Source of the DNA: Minisyncoccia bacterium
GTDB lineage: Bacteria > Patescibacteriota > Minisyncoccia > Phycocordibacterales > UBA918
Reading direction: 5' to 3'
DNA: 64,000 nucleotides
Assembly: GCA_041736805.1 (NCBI GenBank)
Contig: JBGSSW010000016.1
Span: 130,526-194,525, forward strand
In this document: one piece after another, positions 9,872 through 18,060 of the stretch
How the letters are laid out: every line of letters begins with the position of its first letter
Position numbering within the stretch: the first letter of the stretch is position 1
Notes under the pieces: generated by a model
Told to the model about the DNA's origin: nothing
Seen by the model: the letters and a program-made list of their open reading frames with translations, nothing else
The model's database searches: none
Position numbers and translations under genes: made by a program

Positions 9872-10345
9872 TCAGCCCCAGTAATAATCAACATCATATA
9901 CTTTTAGCAACTCCCTCTCCCTACTCATTTTTAGTACCTTAGCAATGTCTGGATACTGAGCTAGCTTAGCTCGAAAAACAGTTTCCATTATTGCTAACTT
10001 ATCAAAGTTAGGCAGTAGCTTACTTTTATCTTTACAAACCTGTCCCAGTCTCCATGCATCCATCGGGCATCGTGCGGACATAATTTCTTGTCTTGCTTCT
10101 GGCACTACTCGTAATGCCTGATAAGCATGCTCGACGGTTTTGTATACCAACCCATCAATTTCTACCTCATGGGCTGAAAATGGTGAAAGATCGTGAAATC
10201 TTGTCTCTAAAAAATTAATCGGGTCTGTACTGGCTGAATCAAAGTCCTGACCAAAATAAAGATTATCGTTGTCACTCATATTTAAAATCTTAGCATACAA
10301 AAGTCCGGACGCGTAAGACACAAGCAATTGATCTTTGTCGAACAT
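9872..10345 (-). CDS. NADAR / YbiA (DUF1768) family protein, 157 aa.
   Basis: FSAHEVEIDGLVYKTVEHAYQALRV closely matches the YbiA/NADAR core (…IEIDGxxYPTVEHAYQAAKF…). Confidence 0.75.
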   Translation of the reverse strand: MFDKDQLLVSYASGLLYAKILNMSDNDNLYFGQDFDSASTDPINFLETRFHDLSPFSAHEVEIDGLVYKTVEHAYQALRVVPEARQEIMSARCPMDAWRLGQVCKDKSKLLPNFDKLAIMETVFRAKLAQYPDIAKVLKMSRERELLKVYDVDYYWG

Positions 10346-10351
10346 CTGCAG

Positions 10352-10409
10352 GCAACTGGCCAGTCAAAGTAAAAACCAGACGAATGTCTGGTTTTTACTT
10401 TGCAGTTGC
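10352..10409. other. Long hairpin (about 24 bp of stem) between the KH-protein gene and the NADAR gene. Possible terminator/attenuator.
   Basis: gcaactg gccagt caaagtaaaaaccagac gaat gtctggtttttactttg cagttgc. Confidence 0.45.
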
Positions 10410-10475
10410 CGAAGCCGTAAGAAAATTCTGCTGAGAATTTTCTGGTCGCTGAAGGTTAATTGCTGGAGTCTTTGT

Positions 10476-10832
10476 TTATATCTTCAAATCCTCTATCGCT
10501 TCATCTAAGGTTTTAGGCACTGCCGCTGAAGGATTGTCCTCCCGCATCGCTTCACTCATCTCTGGGTTCATTCCTCGACCTCCTTCTGGTTCATTAATCT
10601 TTAGGTTTACTCGAGCATCATTCTTCATTCCTACTACTCTAAGGAGAGTTCGGATGGCTTTGGCAGTATTGCCTGAGCGACCGATAATCTTCCCCATATC
10701 TTCGGCGTGTACGTCTAAAGTAAGAAGTACGCCCATTTCATCAACGGTTCGATTTATATTGACACTTTCTGGGTGATCCACGAGTGACTTTACTAGTGAC
10801 TCAAGAAACTGCTTATCTTCATGCGTATCCAT
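10476..10832 (-). CDS. KH-domain RNA-binding protein (YlqC/UPF0109 family), about 118 aa from the internal ATG.
   Basis: VLLTLDVHAEDMGKIIGRSGNTAKAIRTLLRVVG contains the KH-domain GxxG loop (IGRSG). Position is right after rpsP, as in rpsP-ylqC-rimM-trmD operons. The longer ORF start at 10946 is probably not used. Confidence 0.7.
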   Translation of the reverse strand: MDTHEDKQFLESLVKSLVDHPESVNINRTVDEMGVLLTLDVHAEDMGKIIGRSGNTAKAIRTLLRVVGMKNDARVNLKINEPEGGRGMNPEMSEAMREDNPSAAVPKTLDEAIEDLKI

Positions 10833-10973
10833 ACATTCAATATTCTTATCTATTCTGGTAAGCCTACGCCACAAAGTGACGCTGCTAACATAATGATACG
10901 TAAGGTAGGCAAAGCAGTCAACAAAAAACCGTGTGTAAAGACACACGGTTTTTTGTTGACGGATATATTAACC

Positions 10974-11456
10974 TTATGCAGCAACCTCTTCTTTCTTTTC
11001 TTCAGTTACTACTTCTGGCTCTGGAGTGACTTCAGCTTCAGTCTCAGTGGCTACCTTTACCGCTTCTTCAGCTTCCTTAGCAGCCGCCTCAGCTGCCTCA
11101 GCTGCCTCAGCTGCCTCTCTGGCAGCAATAGCATCTGCTTCGGCTTTAGCCTTGGCTTCAGCCTCTGCCTTTACTTTTTCTTCGTCAATAATAGGAGACT
11201 TCCGTGGCAGAACATTCTTTTTCTTACCCTCAATAATCTTATGTGTAACCAAAAGGTTAAAAACAGTGTCGGAAGGCTGAACACCTTGACTTAGCCAGTG
11301 CTTAGCTTTTTCGCCATCAATTTGGACATGATTGAGCTTTGGATTATAAGAACCCAAGTGGTCAATATGCTTATTGCTCTTTGGGCCAGTTCGCTTGTCC
11401 ACTACCACCAAACGGTAAGCAGGGTCATTTTTGCGACCAACTCGTTGTAAACGCAT
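10974..11456 (-). CDS. rpsP: 30S ribosomal protein S16 with an Ala/Glu-rich C-terminal extension.
   Basis: MRLQRVGRKNDPAYRLVVVDKRTGPK... Three in-frame ATGs lie within 11456-11465, so the start is ambiguous. The C-terminal AEAAEAAEAA tail is encoded by a gcctcagctgcc x3 DNA repeat. Confidence 0.9.
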   Translation of the reverse strand: MRLQRVGRKNDPAYRLVVVDKRTGPKSNKHIDHLGSYNPKLNHVQIDGEKAKHWLSQGVQPSDTVFNLLVTHKIIEGKKKNVLPRKSPIIDEEKVKAEAEAKAKAEADAIAAREAAEAAEAAEAAAKEAEEAVKVATETEAEVTPEPEVVTEEKKEEVAA

Positions 11457-11629
11457 CATTAACATAGTGGCAGAAGATTACCAGAAGCATTGCTTTCGGT
11501 CAAGTCATTAATATTGCTTTTTTCACAACATTTAGAAAAGCTATCAAATCAGCTGCTTTCATTATTATAAACAAAATGCCCTTAAGTGGTTGGAACACCA
11601 ATTACTTAAGGGCATTTAAATTGGCCGGC

Positions 11630-12109
11630 CTAAACCTTAGCTGGTTCAAAGGCCACCAAAAATCGCCAAAACTTACTGCCTGGGATTGATGTCGTTGGTA
11701 AAATCAAGTCAGGGTCGTAATGCCTACCTCCTGCGACATTTCGCCACGGGGTGAAAGCGAAGCAATCGAGTTGAAAACCAAGGCGGTAAGCATTCAGCAT
11801 GGCGTAGAAATATTTCCAAAGAGCCGCTTCCTGACCATCCGATTTATAGTGACTGTCGCCGCCTTGAAATAGCTTGGGGTCACGACAACGGGTAGTCGAA
11901 ACAAGACTCGTAAACTTTGGGTTAAAGACACTACCCAAAATACCTTCTCTTTCAAAATGCAGGTTGGCCAAGGTTTCAAGACCCTTGGATTGAATTACCT
12001 CCTTATCAAGGTATATCAAACACTGTAACTTTCCGACCTTTACTTCAACTTGAACAAACTTGGCCGGAAGAACTATTTTGCTATGCTTCATTTCCAAACA
12101 AGAAATCAT
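11630..12109 (-). CDS. Hypothetical protein (159 aa), no family recognised.
   Basis: Intact ORF with a hairpin downstream (11578-11618). Confidence 0.35.
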   Translation of the reverse strand: MISCLEMKHSKIVLPAKFVQVEVKVGKLQCLIYLDKEVIQSKGLETLANLHFEREGILGSVFNPKFTSLVSTTRCRDPKLFQGGDSHYKSDGQEAALWKYFYAMLNAYRLGFQLDCFAFTPWRNVAGGRHYDPDLILPTTSIPGSKFWRFLVAFEPAKV

Positions 12110-12208
12110 GTCCTTACTCCAAGTAATCCGGTGACGCCGGAATCGTCTATTTTGAATGTATCATTTCAAATGGAAATGTAAAGTTAACCGTGCTACTATC
12201 AAGCCCAC

Positions 12209-14152
12209 ATGTCAAATACTAATGAATTTCACGACGGAGTTATTATGATTCGTGGTAAAGGTACTGGTTTTGTTAATCACCCAGACCTAACTGAAGATAT
12301 TGTTATTGAACGAGAAAATCTTGGCTTTGCGCTTGATGGCGATATTGTTAAAGTCAAAATTAAAAAAAAGATACCTGGTAAACGCCAAGAAGGTACTGTC
12401 GTCGAAATAGTAAAGCCAGCCTACAGGGAATTAATTGGGATAATTAAAGAAAAGAAAATAGACGGCAAGAATGTTACCTATTTTGCACCCGATAATCTTC
12501 GCCTCCATATTCGCCCTCTAGTACCAACTGCTACTACTAGTGATTTGGGGATGAAAGTAGTAGTAGAAATCACTTCTTGGACCCAGCCTCTCTTGGACCC
12601 AATTGCAAAGATCATTGAAATTCTTGGTCATGCTGGTGATCATGAAACAGAGATGCAAGCTATCATTCGTAGTGGTGGTTTTTCCAAGGCCTTTCCAGAA
12701 TCAGTCCAAAAAGCCGCTCAAGAACTGTTTGCTACTAAGGAACAAATATTCTCTGAAGCTATCGCTGACCCCAAAAGACGAGATATCCGAGGTATTACGA
12801 CCATGACTATCGACCCTGTCGATGCTAAAGACTTTGACGACGCACTTTCTTGTCAGACTCTACCTAATGGTAATTTTGAAATTGGTATTCATATTGCCGA
12901 CGTTTCACATTATGTTCGAGATCATGACGGCATAGATGAAGAAGCTCGCGAACGCGGTACTTCAGTTTATTTGGTAGACCGAGTGATTCCAATGTTGCCA
13001 GAAATTCTTTCTAATGATCTTTGTTCCCTGCGACCAAATGAAGACCGACTTTCTTTCTCAGCTATTTTTGAACTTACTCCCGAAGCCAATATAGTAAGTG
13101 AATGGTACGGGCAGACCATCATGCACTCTGATAAGCGTTTTAGTTATGAAGAAGCTCAAGAGGTACTAGATAAACAAGCTGGCCCATATTTGGCAGAACT
13201 AAATATCTTGTTGGAACTAGGACGTAAGTTACGCAAAAAAAGATATGCGGCTGGGGCCATAGCCTTTGAATCTTCTGAAGTAAAGTTTGAACTTGATGAG
13301 AGAGGAGCGCCAATTAGAGTTTTCAAAAAAGAGCGAGTTGAGACCATGCTCATGATTGAAGATTTTATGCTCCTAGCTAATCGCGAAGTAGCTACCTATA
13401 TCCACAATTTATCCAAAAATAAAAACAAGGACTTGGCTTTTATTTATCGTATTCACGATACTCCTGATCCAGACAGAGTTGAGGAATTAGGAATGTTCCT
13501 AAGAGCAATTGGTTATGAGTTTGAAACAAATAAAGGAATTGTTAAAGCTACTGCCATTAACAAATTACTGAAAGATGTAGCTGGTAAACCAGAAGAAAAT
13601 CTGATTAAAACAGCCAGTATCCGCACCATGGCCAAAGCAGTTTACTCCACCAAAAACATCGGTCATTTTGGTTTGGCTTTCAAATTTTATACTCACTTCA
13701 CTTCCCCAATTCGTCGCTATCCAGATCTTATGGCACATCGTATGCTTCGTAAGCACCTAGACGGAACTTTTATCGGGCCAAAAGAACAAGCGGAGTACGA
13801 GAGAATGTCTATCAAATCTTCACAACGTGAAATGGAAGCCGTGACGGCCGAGCGAGACTCAATCAAATTCAAGCAAGTGGAATACCTAATGAATAAAATT
13901 GGCGAGACTTTTTCTGGTGTTATCACTGGAGTGACTGACTGGGGTATTTACGTCCAAGAATCAACTTGTTTGGCTGACGGGATGGTTAGACTGGCTAGTA
14001 TTAAAAGTGACTACTTCGAGCATGAAGCTAGTAAATACCGTATCAAAGGCCAAAAAACTGGCAAAGTCTATCAACTAGGTGACGCTGTAAAAGTAAAGTT
14101 AATTGCCGCTGACAAAGAGGCTAGGCAGTTGGATTTTGAGTTGGTGGTTTAA
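12209..14152 (+). CDS. rnr: Ribonuclease R (RNB-family 3'-5' exoribonuclease with a C-terminal S1 domain).
   Basis: N-terminal cold-shock/OB region, RNB motifs (ITTMTIDPVDAKDFDDALS, HIADVSHYV), and a C-terminal S1-like GVITGVTDWGIYVQ... Confidence 0.9.
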   Translation: MSNTNEFHDGVIMIRGKGTGFVNHPDLTEDIVIERENLGFALDGDIVKVKIKKKIPGKRQEGTVVEIVKPAYRELIGIIKEKKIDGKNVTYFAPDNLRLHIRPLVPTATTSDLGMKVVVEITSWTQPLLDPIAKIIEILGHAGDHETEMQAIIRSGGFSKAFPESVQKAAQELFATKEQIFSEAIADPKRRDIRGITTMTIDPVDAKDFDDALSCQTLPNGNFEIGIHIADVSHYVRDHDGIDEEARERGTSVYLVDRVIPMLPEILSNDLCSLRPNEDRLSFSAIFELTPEANIVSEWYGQTIMHSDKRFSYEEAQEVLDKQAGPYLAELNILLELGRKLRKKRYAAGAIAFESSEVKFELDERGAPIRVFKKERVETMLMIEDFMLLANREVATYIHNLSKNKNKDLAFIYRIHDTPDPDRVEELGMFLRAIGYEFETNKGIVKATAINKLLKDVAGKPEENLIKTASIRTMAKAVYSTKNIGHFGLAFKFYTHFTSPIRRYPDLMAHRMLRKHLDGTFIGPKEQAEYERMSIKSSQREMEAVTAERDSIKFKQVEYLMNKIGETFSGVITGVTDWGIYVQESTCLADGMVRLASIKSDYFEHEASKYRIKGQKTGKVYQLGDAVKVKLIAADKEARQLDFELVV

Positions 14153-14170
14153 AGATGGTATATTAATTTC

Positions 14171-14194
14171 GTGAGGGTTGCCCTCACTTTTGTG
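14171..14194 (+). terminator. Hairpin plus U-tract right after the rnr stop.
   Basis: gtgagggttgccctcac followed by ttttgtg. Confidence 0.5.
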
Positions 14195-14344
14195 AAACCA
14201 CGCGCGGCAGTTAAGGCGTCACCCATGAGACCGTCTAGAGTCGATTTTAAACATGGTTGCTTCGCTACCCCGAAAGGTAACTCTGGTGAGACCTATGATT
14301 GGGACGTGGACCCAGAACAACGGCGCGAGTTGCCCAACAAAATT
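14195..14344 (+). ncRNA. Candidate small structured RNA (about 150 nt) bounded by two terminators. Identity unknown.
   Basis: GC-rich segment (well above the local average) lying between the rnr-proximal hairpin and a 30-bp perfect palindromic terminator. No convincing ORF: the 85-aa ORF 14171..14428 spans both terminators. Confidence 0.25.
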
Positions 14345-14389
14345 GCAACTATAGGTGGGCCCACCTATAGTTGCTTTTTCTTTTTATTT
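14345..14389. terminator. Bidirectional intrinsic terminator: a 30-bp perfect palindrome followed by a T-tract. It serves convergent transcription from rnr/sRNA (+) and smc (-).
   Basis: GCAACTATAGGTGGGCCCACCTATAGTTGC followed by tttttctttttattt. It overlaps the smc stop codon. Confidence 0.65.
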
Positions 14390-16639
14390 CGCCACAGACA
14401 CCGCCTCATCAAGCTTTACCGACAATAATTTAGAGATACCGTCACTTCCCATTGTCACACCATAAAGAATTCCCGCTCGACTCATCGTCTCCCGATTATG
14501 GGTAATTAAAATTAGTTGTGACTTCTTAGCTAATTCTTCAATCATATCACCATAGCGTCGACTATTAGCTTCATCTAAAGCGGCATCAGTTTCATCAAGA
14601 ATAATAAATGGTGGTGGATTAACCTGACTCATTGCAAAAATAAGCGCGATTGAGGTCAAAGCTCTTTCTCCGCCAGAGAGCATTTCCAAACCCTTCACTC
14701 GTTTATTAGGTAATTTCACCGCGAGTTCTATTCCATCTTCTCTTTTCTCTTCCTCTTCACCTTCTTCATCCATATCATCACCACCACGAGTCTTAGTTAC
14801 CACAGTCACTAGCTCGGCTTCCCCGCCGCCAAACATTAAGATAAAGAAGCGATTAAATTCAAAAGAAATCTTTTTAATTCCTACCACAAATTGTTCTTCG
14901 AGCTTGCTGTCCAAATCTGCAATTAATTCTCGCAACTTAATAATTGAGTTTTCCAAGTCTTCAATTTCGTGGGCTAAAAAAGCGTCTCGTTCTTTAGCAT
15001 CATTGAATTCTTTTATCACGTCATCGGTGGCGCCAATTCCTAATTCTTCCAAACGAATTTTCAATTTCTCTAATTCATGACGCCTGGTACGTTGCACTTC
15101 GCGATCTTCTTCTACGACTAAATTTTGTTCGACCGCCCTGCCTTCTTTGTCCTTAATTTCATAGTCAAAATAAGCTGAGGCAAGTCGACCAAGTAAGGCT
15201 ACAGCTTCTTGCAATTCTCTCTTGAACTCACTTCTGTCTCTATCCAAAACTGTTAGTTCCCGGTCAATTCTTTCTAGCTTATTTTCCAACTCTCGTTGTT
15301 CTCCTACTAAACGAAAGACTGCCCGCTCAGCTTCACGACCATCAGTCGCCTCTTTGGCGCGCTGCTGCTCCAAATCACTGTAAGCAACTTGGGCTTCTTT
15401 TTCTTTGCTCTGAGCCTCAGTCACTTTCCGACTTAGTTTTTCCATTTCCTGCTGCAGTCGTTCTAGTTCTTCTTTTTCAATTTCAATCGAATTATTCTTA
15501 ACTTCAGCTCCTCGCTCCAAAAAAACTTTAAGCCGGTGCACAATATCACTCAAAGCTCTTTGTAGTAAAGACACTTCTTCTTTTTGTAAGACTTTACCCA
15601 CTTGTTGTTCGATGTCTTTTATCAAAGCAGCAATGTCTGTGTAGGCAATCGCTTTACCTTCAGTCGTGGTACTTCTTCTTTCATAATCTGCGATACGCCG
15701 TTTCAAAAGACCAACCTGCCCTTCAAACTTACTTAGTTCTCGCTCCGCCGCTTGTCTTTCATAAGTAAAAGTTGAAACGGCTTCTTGTGCAGTAATTAAC
15801 TGAGTGGAATCCTTCTCAGATTCTGAAGCTTGCAAAACCCTCTTAGCTTCAGCAAGTTCTTTTACTACTCCAACCAAACTACTCTCTGGCTCATGACGTA
15901 GTTTTGTCAAACGGTCATGATGAAAGGCAATATAAGTATCTTCTCTTTTTAGATACTCAGCATAAACTTCCTTCAGTTGCCGCTGTAGCTCCAAGGATTT
16001 TTCAATTTTCTGAACCTGTTTCTCTAAATATTTTAAATGTGGAGCCGACTCACGTCTAAGAGATTCCACCTGGGCTACATTTTCTGCAGTCTTGTTTAAT
16101 TTACGTTCAGCTTCTTGACGTTTATATTGATAAATCTTTAGGCCAAGTGCGTCTTCAATCATTTCCCGTCGCTCTTTTGGGTTAGCCGTCAAAATTCTAT
16201 CCGCTTCCCCTTGTGAAATAATATGATGCCCCGTTGAGCCAATATTGGCTGAAGCCAGTAATTCTTGAATATCTTTAAGCCTAACAGCTGATCCATTAAG
16301 GAGATAATCATTTTGGCCATCACGATGAACCACTCTTTCAAGTTTTATCTCGCTAAAATCCAGTGGAAAAACACGCTTAGAATTATCTAAAGTAATAGTT
16401 ACATTGGCTCTGTTTCCCCGAGCAATTTGCCCTGACCCACCCCAGATTAGATCCTCTCCCCGCTTACCGCGCATAGACTTAACAGACTGCTCACCTAAAA
16501 CGAAACGAAATGACTCCGCCACATTGCTTTTACCAGAACCATTAGGACCAACAATGGCTGTGATGGGCGCCGAAAATTCTAGTTCGCCCTTTTTGGCAAA
16601 TGACTTAAAACCCGAAATTGTTAGTTCCTTTAAATACAT
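14384..16639 (-). CDS. smc: SMC-family chromosome segregation ATPase, unusually short (751 aa), with no recognisable hinge domain.
   Basis: N-terminal MYLKELTISGFKSFAKKGELEFSAPITAIVGPNGSGKSN (Walker A, SMC head). C-terminal LSGGERALTSIALIFAM...FIILDETDAALD (signature motif + Walker B). The middle is all coiled coil. Confidence 0.8.
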   Translation of the reverse strand: MYLKELTISGFKSFAKKGELEFSAPITAIVGPNGSGKSNVAESFRFVLGEQSVKSMRGKRGEDLIWGGSGQIARGNRANVTITLDNSKRVFPLDFSEIKLERVVHRDGQNDYLLNGSAVRLKDIQELLASANIGSTGHHIISQGEADRILTANPKERREMIEDALGLKIYQYKRQEAERKLNKTAENVAQVESLRRESAPHLKYLEKQVQKIEKSLELQRQLKEVYAEYLKREDTYIAFHHDRLTKLRHEPESSLVGVVKELAEAKRVLQASESEKDSTQLITAQEAVSTFTYERQAAERELSKFEGQVGLLKRRIADYERRSTTTEGKAIAYTDIAALIKDIEQQVGKVLQKEEVSLLQRALSDIVHRLKVFLERGAEVKNNSIEIEKEELERLQQEMEKLSRKVTEAQSKEKEAQVAYSDLEQQRAKEATDGREAERAVFRLVGEQRELENKLERIDRELTVLDRDRSEFKRELQEAVALLGRLASAYFDYEIKDKEGRAVEQNLVVEEDREVQRTRRHELEKLKIRLEELGIGATDDVIKEFNDAKERDAFLAHEIEDLENSIIKLRELIADLDSKLEEQFVVGIKKISFEFNRFFILMFGGGEAELVTVVTKTRGGDDMDEEGEEEEKREDGIELAVKLPNKRVKGLEMLSGGERALTSIALIFAMSQVNPPPFIILDETDAALDEANSRRYGDMIEELAKKSQLILITHNRETMSRAGILYGVTMGSDGISKLLSVKLDEAVSVAK

Positions 16640-16648
16640 CTAATATTT

Positions 16649-17185
16649 TTACCAATTCTCAGCCCCAGCACTATAGACAGCATAAGTATTAGCCGGAATA
16701 CCGCTAGCACAAGCTCCCGCGGCAGTTGGGCAACGAGCAAATTCGTCGCCTGCGGCCACTGTGGCCGTCTCTACTGAATCTAAAATCATTAATTTATAAC
16801 TATCACCATCCGACATGTAGTAAAAACCTTTATCAGAATCACTTTCTGACTTTGGGTCCTTGGGTAGCGCTGCAATAAAACCAGGTACAAGGCCTAAAAT
16901 ATACGGATCACAATTAACATTATTTCCAGTAGCTGTTCCTGGTCCTCCAAATTTTGTGGTCCCAGCACCAGCGCAAGCGTCGGGATATTTACTATTTTGT
17001 GCTTTATAAAGCTCAATCGCTAATTGAGCCTCCTTTAGCGAAGTCATTCTAATCTTATCCCTAGACTGGGCTCTGGCATCATCAAAACTAGCGTAGACAA
17101 CCGCGGAAAGCATCCCGATGATAGCGACAACTACCATTATTTCTACTAAAGTAAATCCCTTTTCTTTGTTTAAAATAAATTTCAT
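16649..17185 (-). CDS. Type IV pilin / pseudopilin-like protein (prepilin N-terminal methylation motif).
   Basis: Internal start MKFILNKEKGFTLVEIMVVVAIIGMLSAV carries the class III signal (G|FTLVE + hydrophobic helix). The Cys-rich C-terminal part is consistent with a pilin D-region. Confidence 0.8.
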   Translation of the reverse strand: MKFILNKEKGFTLVEIMVVVAIIGMLSAVVYASFDDARAQSRDKIRMTSLKEAQLAIELYKAQNSKYPDACAGAGTTKFGGPGTATGNNVNCDPYILGLVPGFIAALPKDPKSESDSDKGFYYMSDGDSYKLMILDSVETATVAAGDEFARCPTAAGACASGIPANTYAVYSAGAENW

Positions 17186-17193
17186 ATTAAGAA

Positions 17194-17919
17194 TTATCGA
17201 CAAATTACGTCTGTGGTATCTTGGACTATTGAAGGTACACAGTTTATTTGCGCTCCACAAGTATCTGCAGGAGCAGTTCTTTTTGCTAAAAACCCACCCC
17301 AGACAGCGTACGAGGTCTTCCATTCATCATTATCTGGATGACATGCAGATGGGGTATTATTACTACTAAAGAAAACGTACGCACACCAACCAACTGTTTC
17401 TCTATTCAACGAGCCAGAAGTTAGTCCACCTGATCCATTACCTCCGACCCTAACATCACACGACTTAAATTTATGTGTAAATGGAACAACTTCCGACTCG
17501 ACCGTTCGTTGAGCTTTTAGCTTATAAACTGTCCCGGCAGCGTTTGTTCTATAAATATAGCCGGAATTTAAGCCATTTAATTTATTATCTTTAGGCAAAA
17601 CTGGAATAAATTCTGGAGCCAAGCCAACAATATACTGAGTATTTCCCCCAGAACAGACATAAGAAGTGCCTTGCTGTCCAGACCAAAAACCAACATCATT
17701 ACAACCAACAGGATAGCGACCGTATTTATTTTTATATAGCTCAATTGCACTTTGCAGAAGTACTATGTCACCTTGCCTTTTAGCATCTCTTGATTTCTGA
17801 CTAGATGAAACGGCACTGATACCAACTACACCAGCTAATATGCCAATGATAGCTAGTACAACCAAAATCTCAATTAAGGTGAAGCCTTTATCCCCCTGTT
17901 TAATAAAGATGCTTTTCAT
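17194..17919 (-). CDS. Type IV pilin-like protein (second, tandem copy).
   Basis: MKSIFIKQGDKGFTLIEILVVLAIIGILAGV... Paralogous to the downstream pilin (…AIELYK..N..YP… is shared). Confidence 0.8.
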   Translation of the reverse strand: MKSIFIKQGDKGFTLIEILVVLAIIGILAGVVGISAVSSSQKSRDAKRQGDIVLLQSAIELYKNKYGRYPVGCNDVGFWSGQQGTSYVCSGGNTQYIVGLAPEFIPVLPKDNKLNGLNSGYIYRTNAAGTVYKLKAQRTVESEVVPFTHKFKSCDVRVGGNGSGGLTSGSLNRETVGWCAYVFFSSNNTPSACHPDNDEWKTSYAVWGGFLAKRTAPADTCGAQINCVPSIVQDTTDVICR

Positions 17920-18060
17920 TATAAAAAGTATAACATGGAGTAACTTAAACAAATTTAACTCTGGGGAGTTTAACTATCATGGCGCTAATTTTAATTGACA
18001 AACACAGCAAGGCTTAGGTGGAGCGAAGCCTTGCTAGCTAAAAAATGTGAGGTTAACAAA

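Noticed and set aside
9872-10345. Whether the ORF between the KH-protein gene and trmD is simply a divergent rimM
   Set aside because: The sequence carries the YbiA/NADAR signature (IDG..Y.TVEHAYQA) rather than the RimM N-terminal/PRC-barrel pattern.
10821-11294. 157-aa plus-strand ORF and 84-aa ORF antisense to rpsP
   Set aside because: They lie opposite the S16 gene across its Ala/Glu repeat. The protein would be a Ser/Leu/Phe low-complexity string, an artefact of the repeat.
14171-14428. 85-aa ORF downstream of rnr
   Set aside because: It spans two intrinsic terminators and the 30-bp palindrome and runs into the smc 3' end. It is more plausibly non-coding (a candidate sRNA region).
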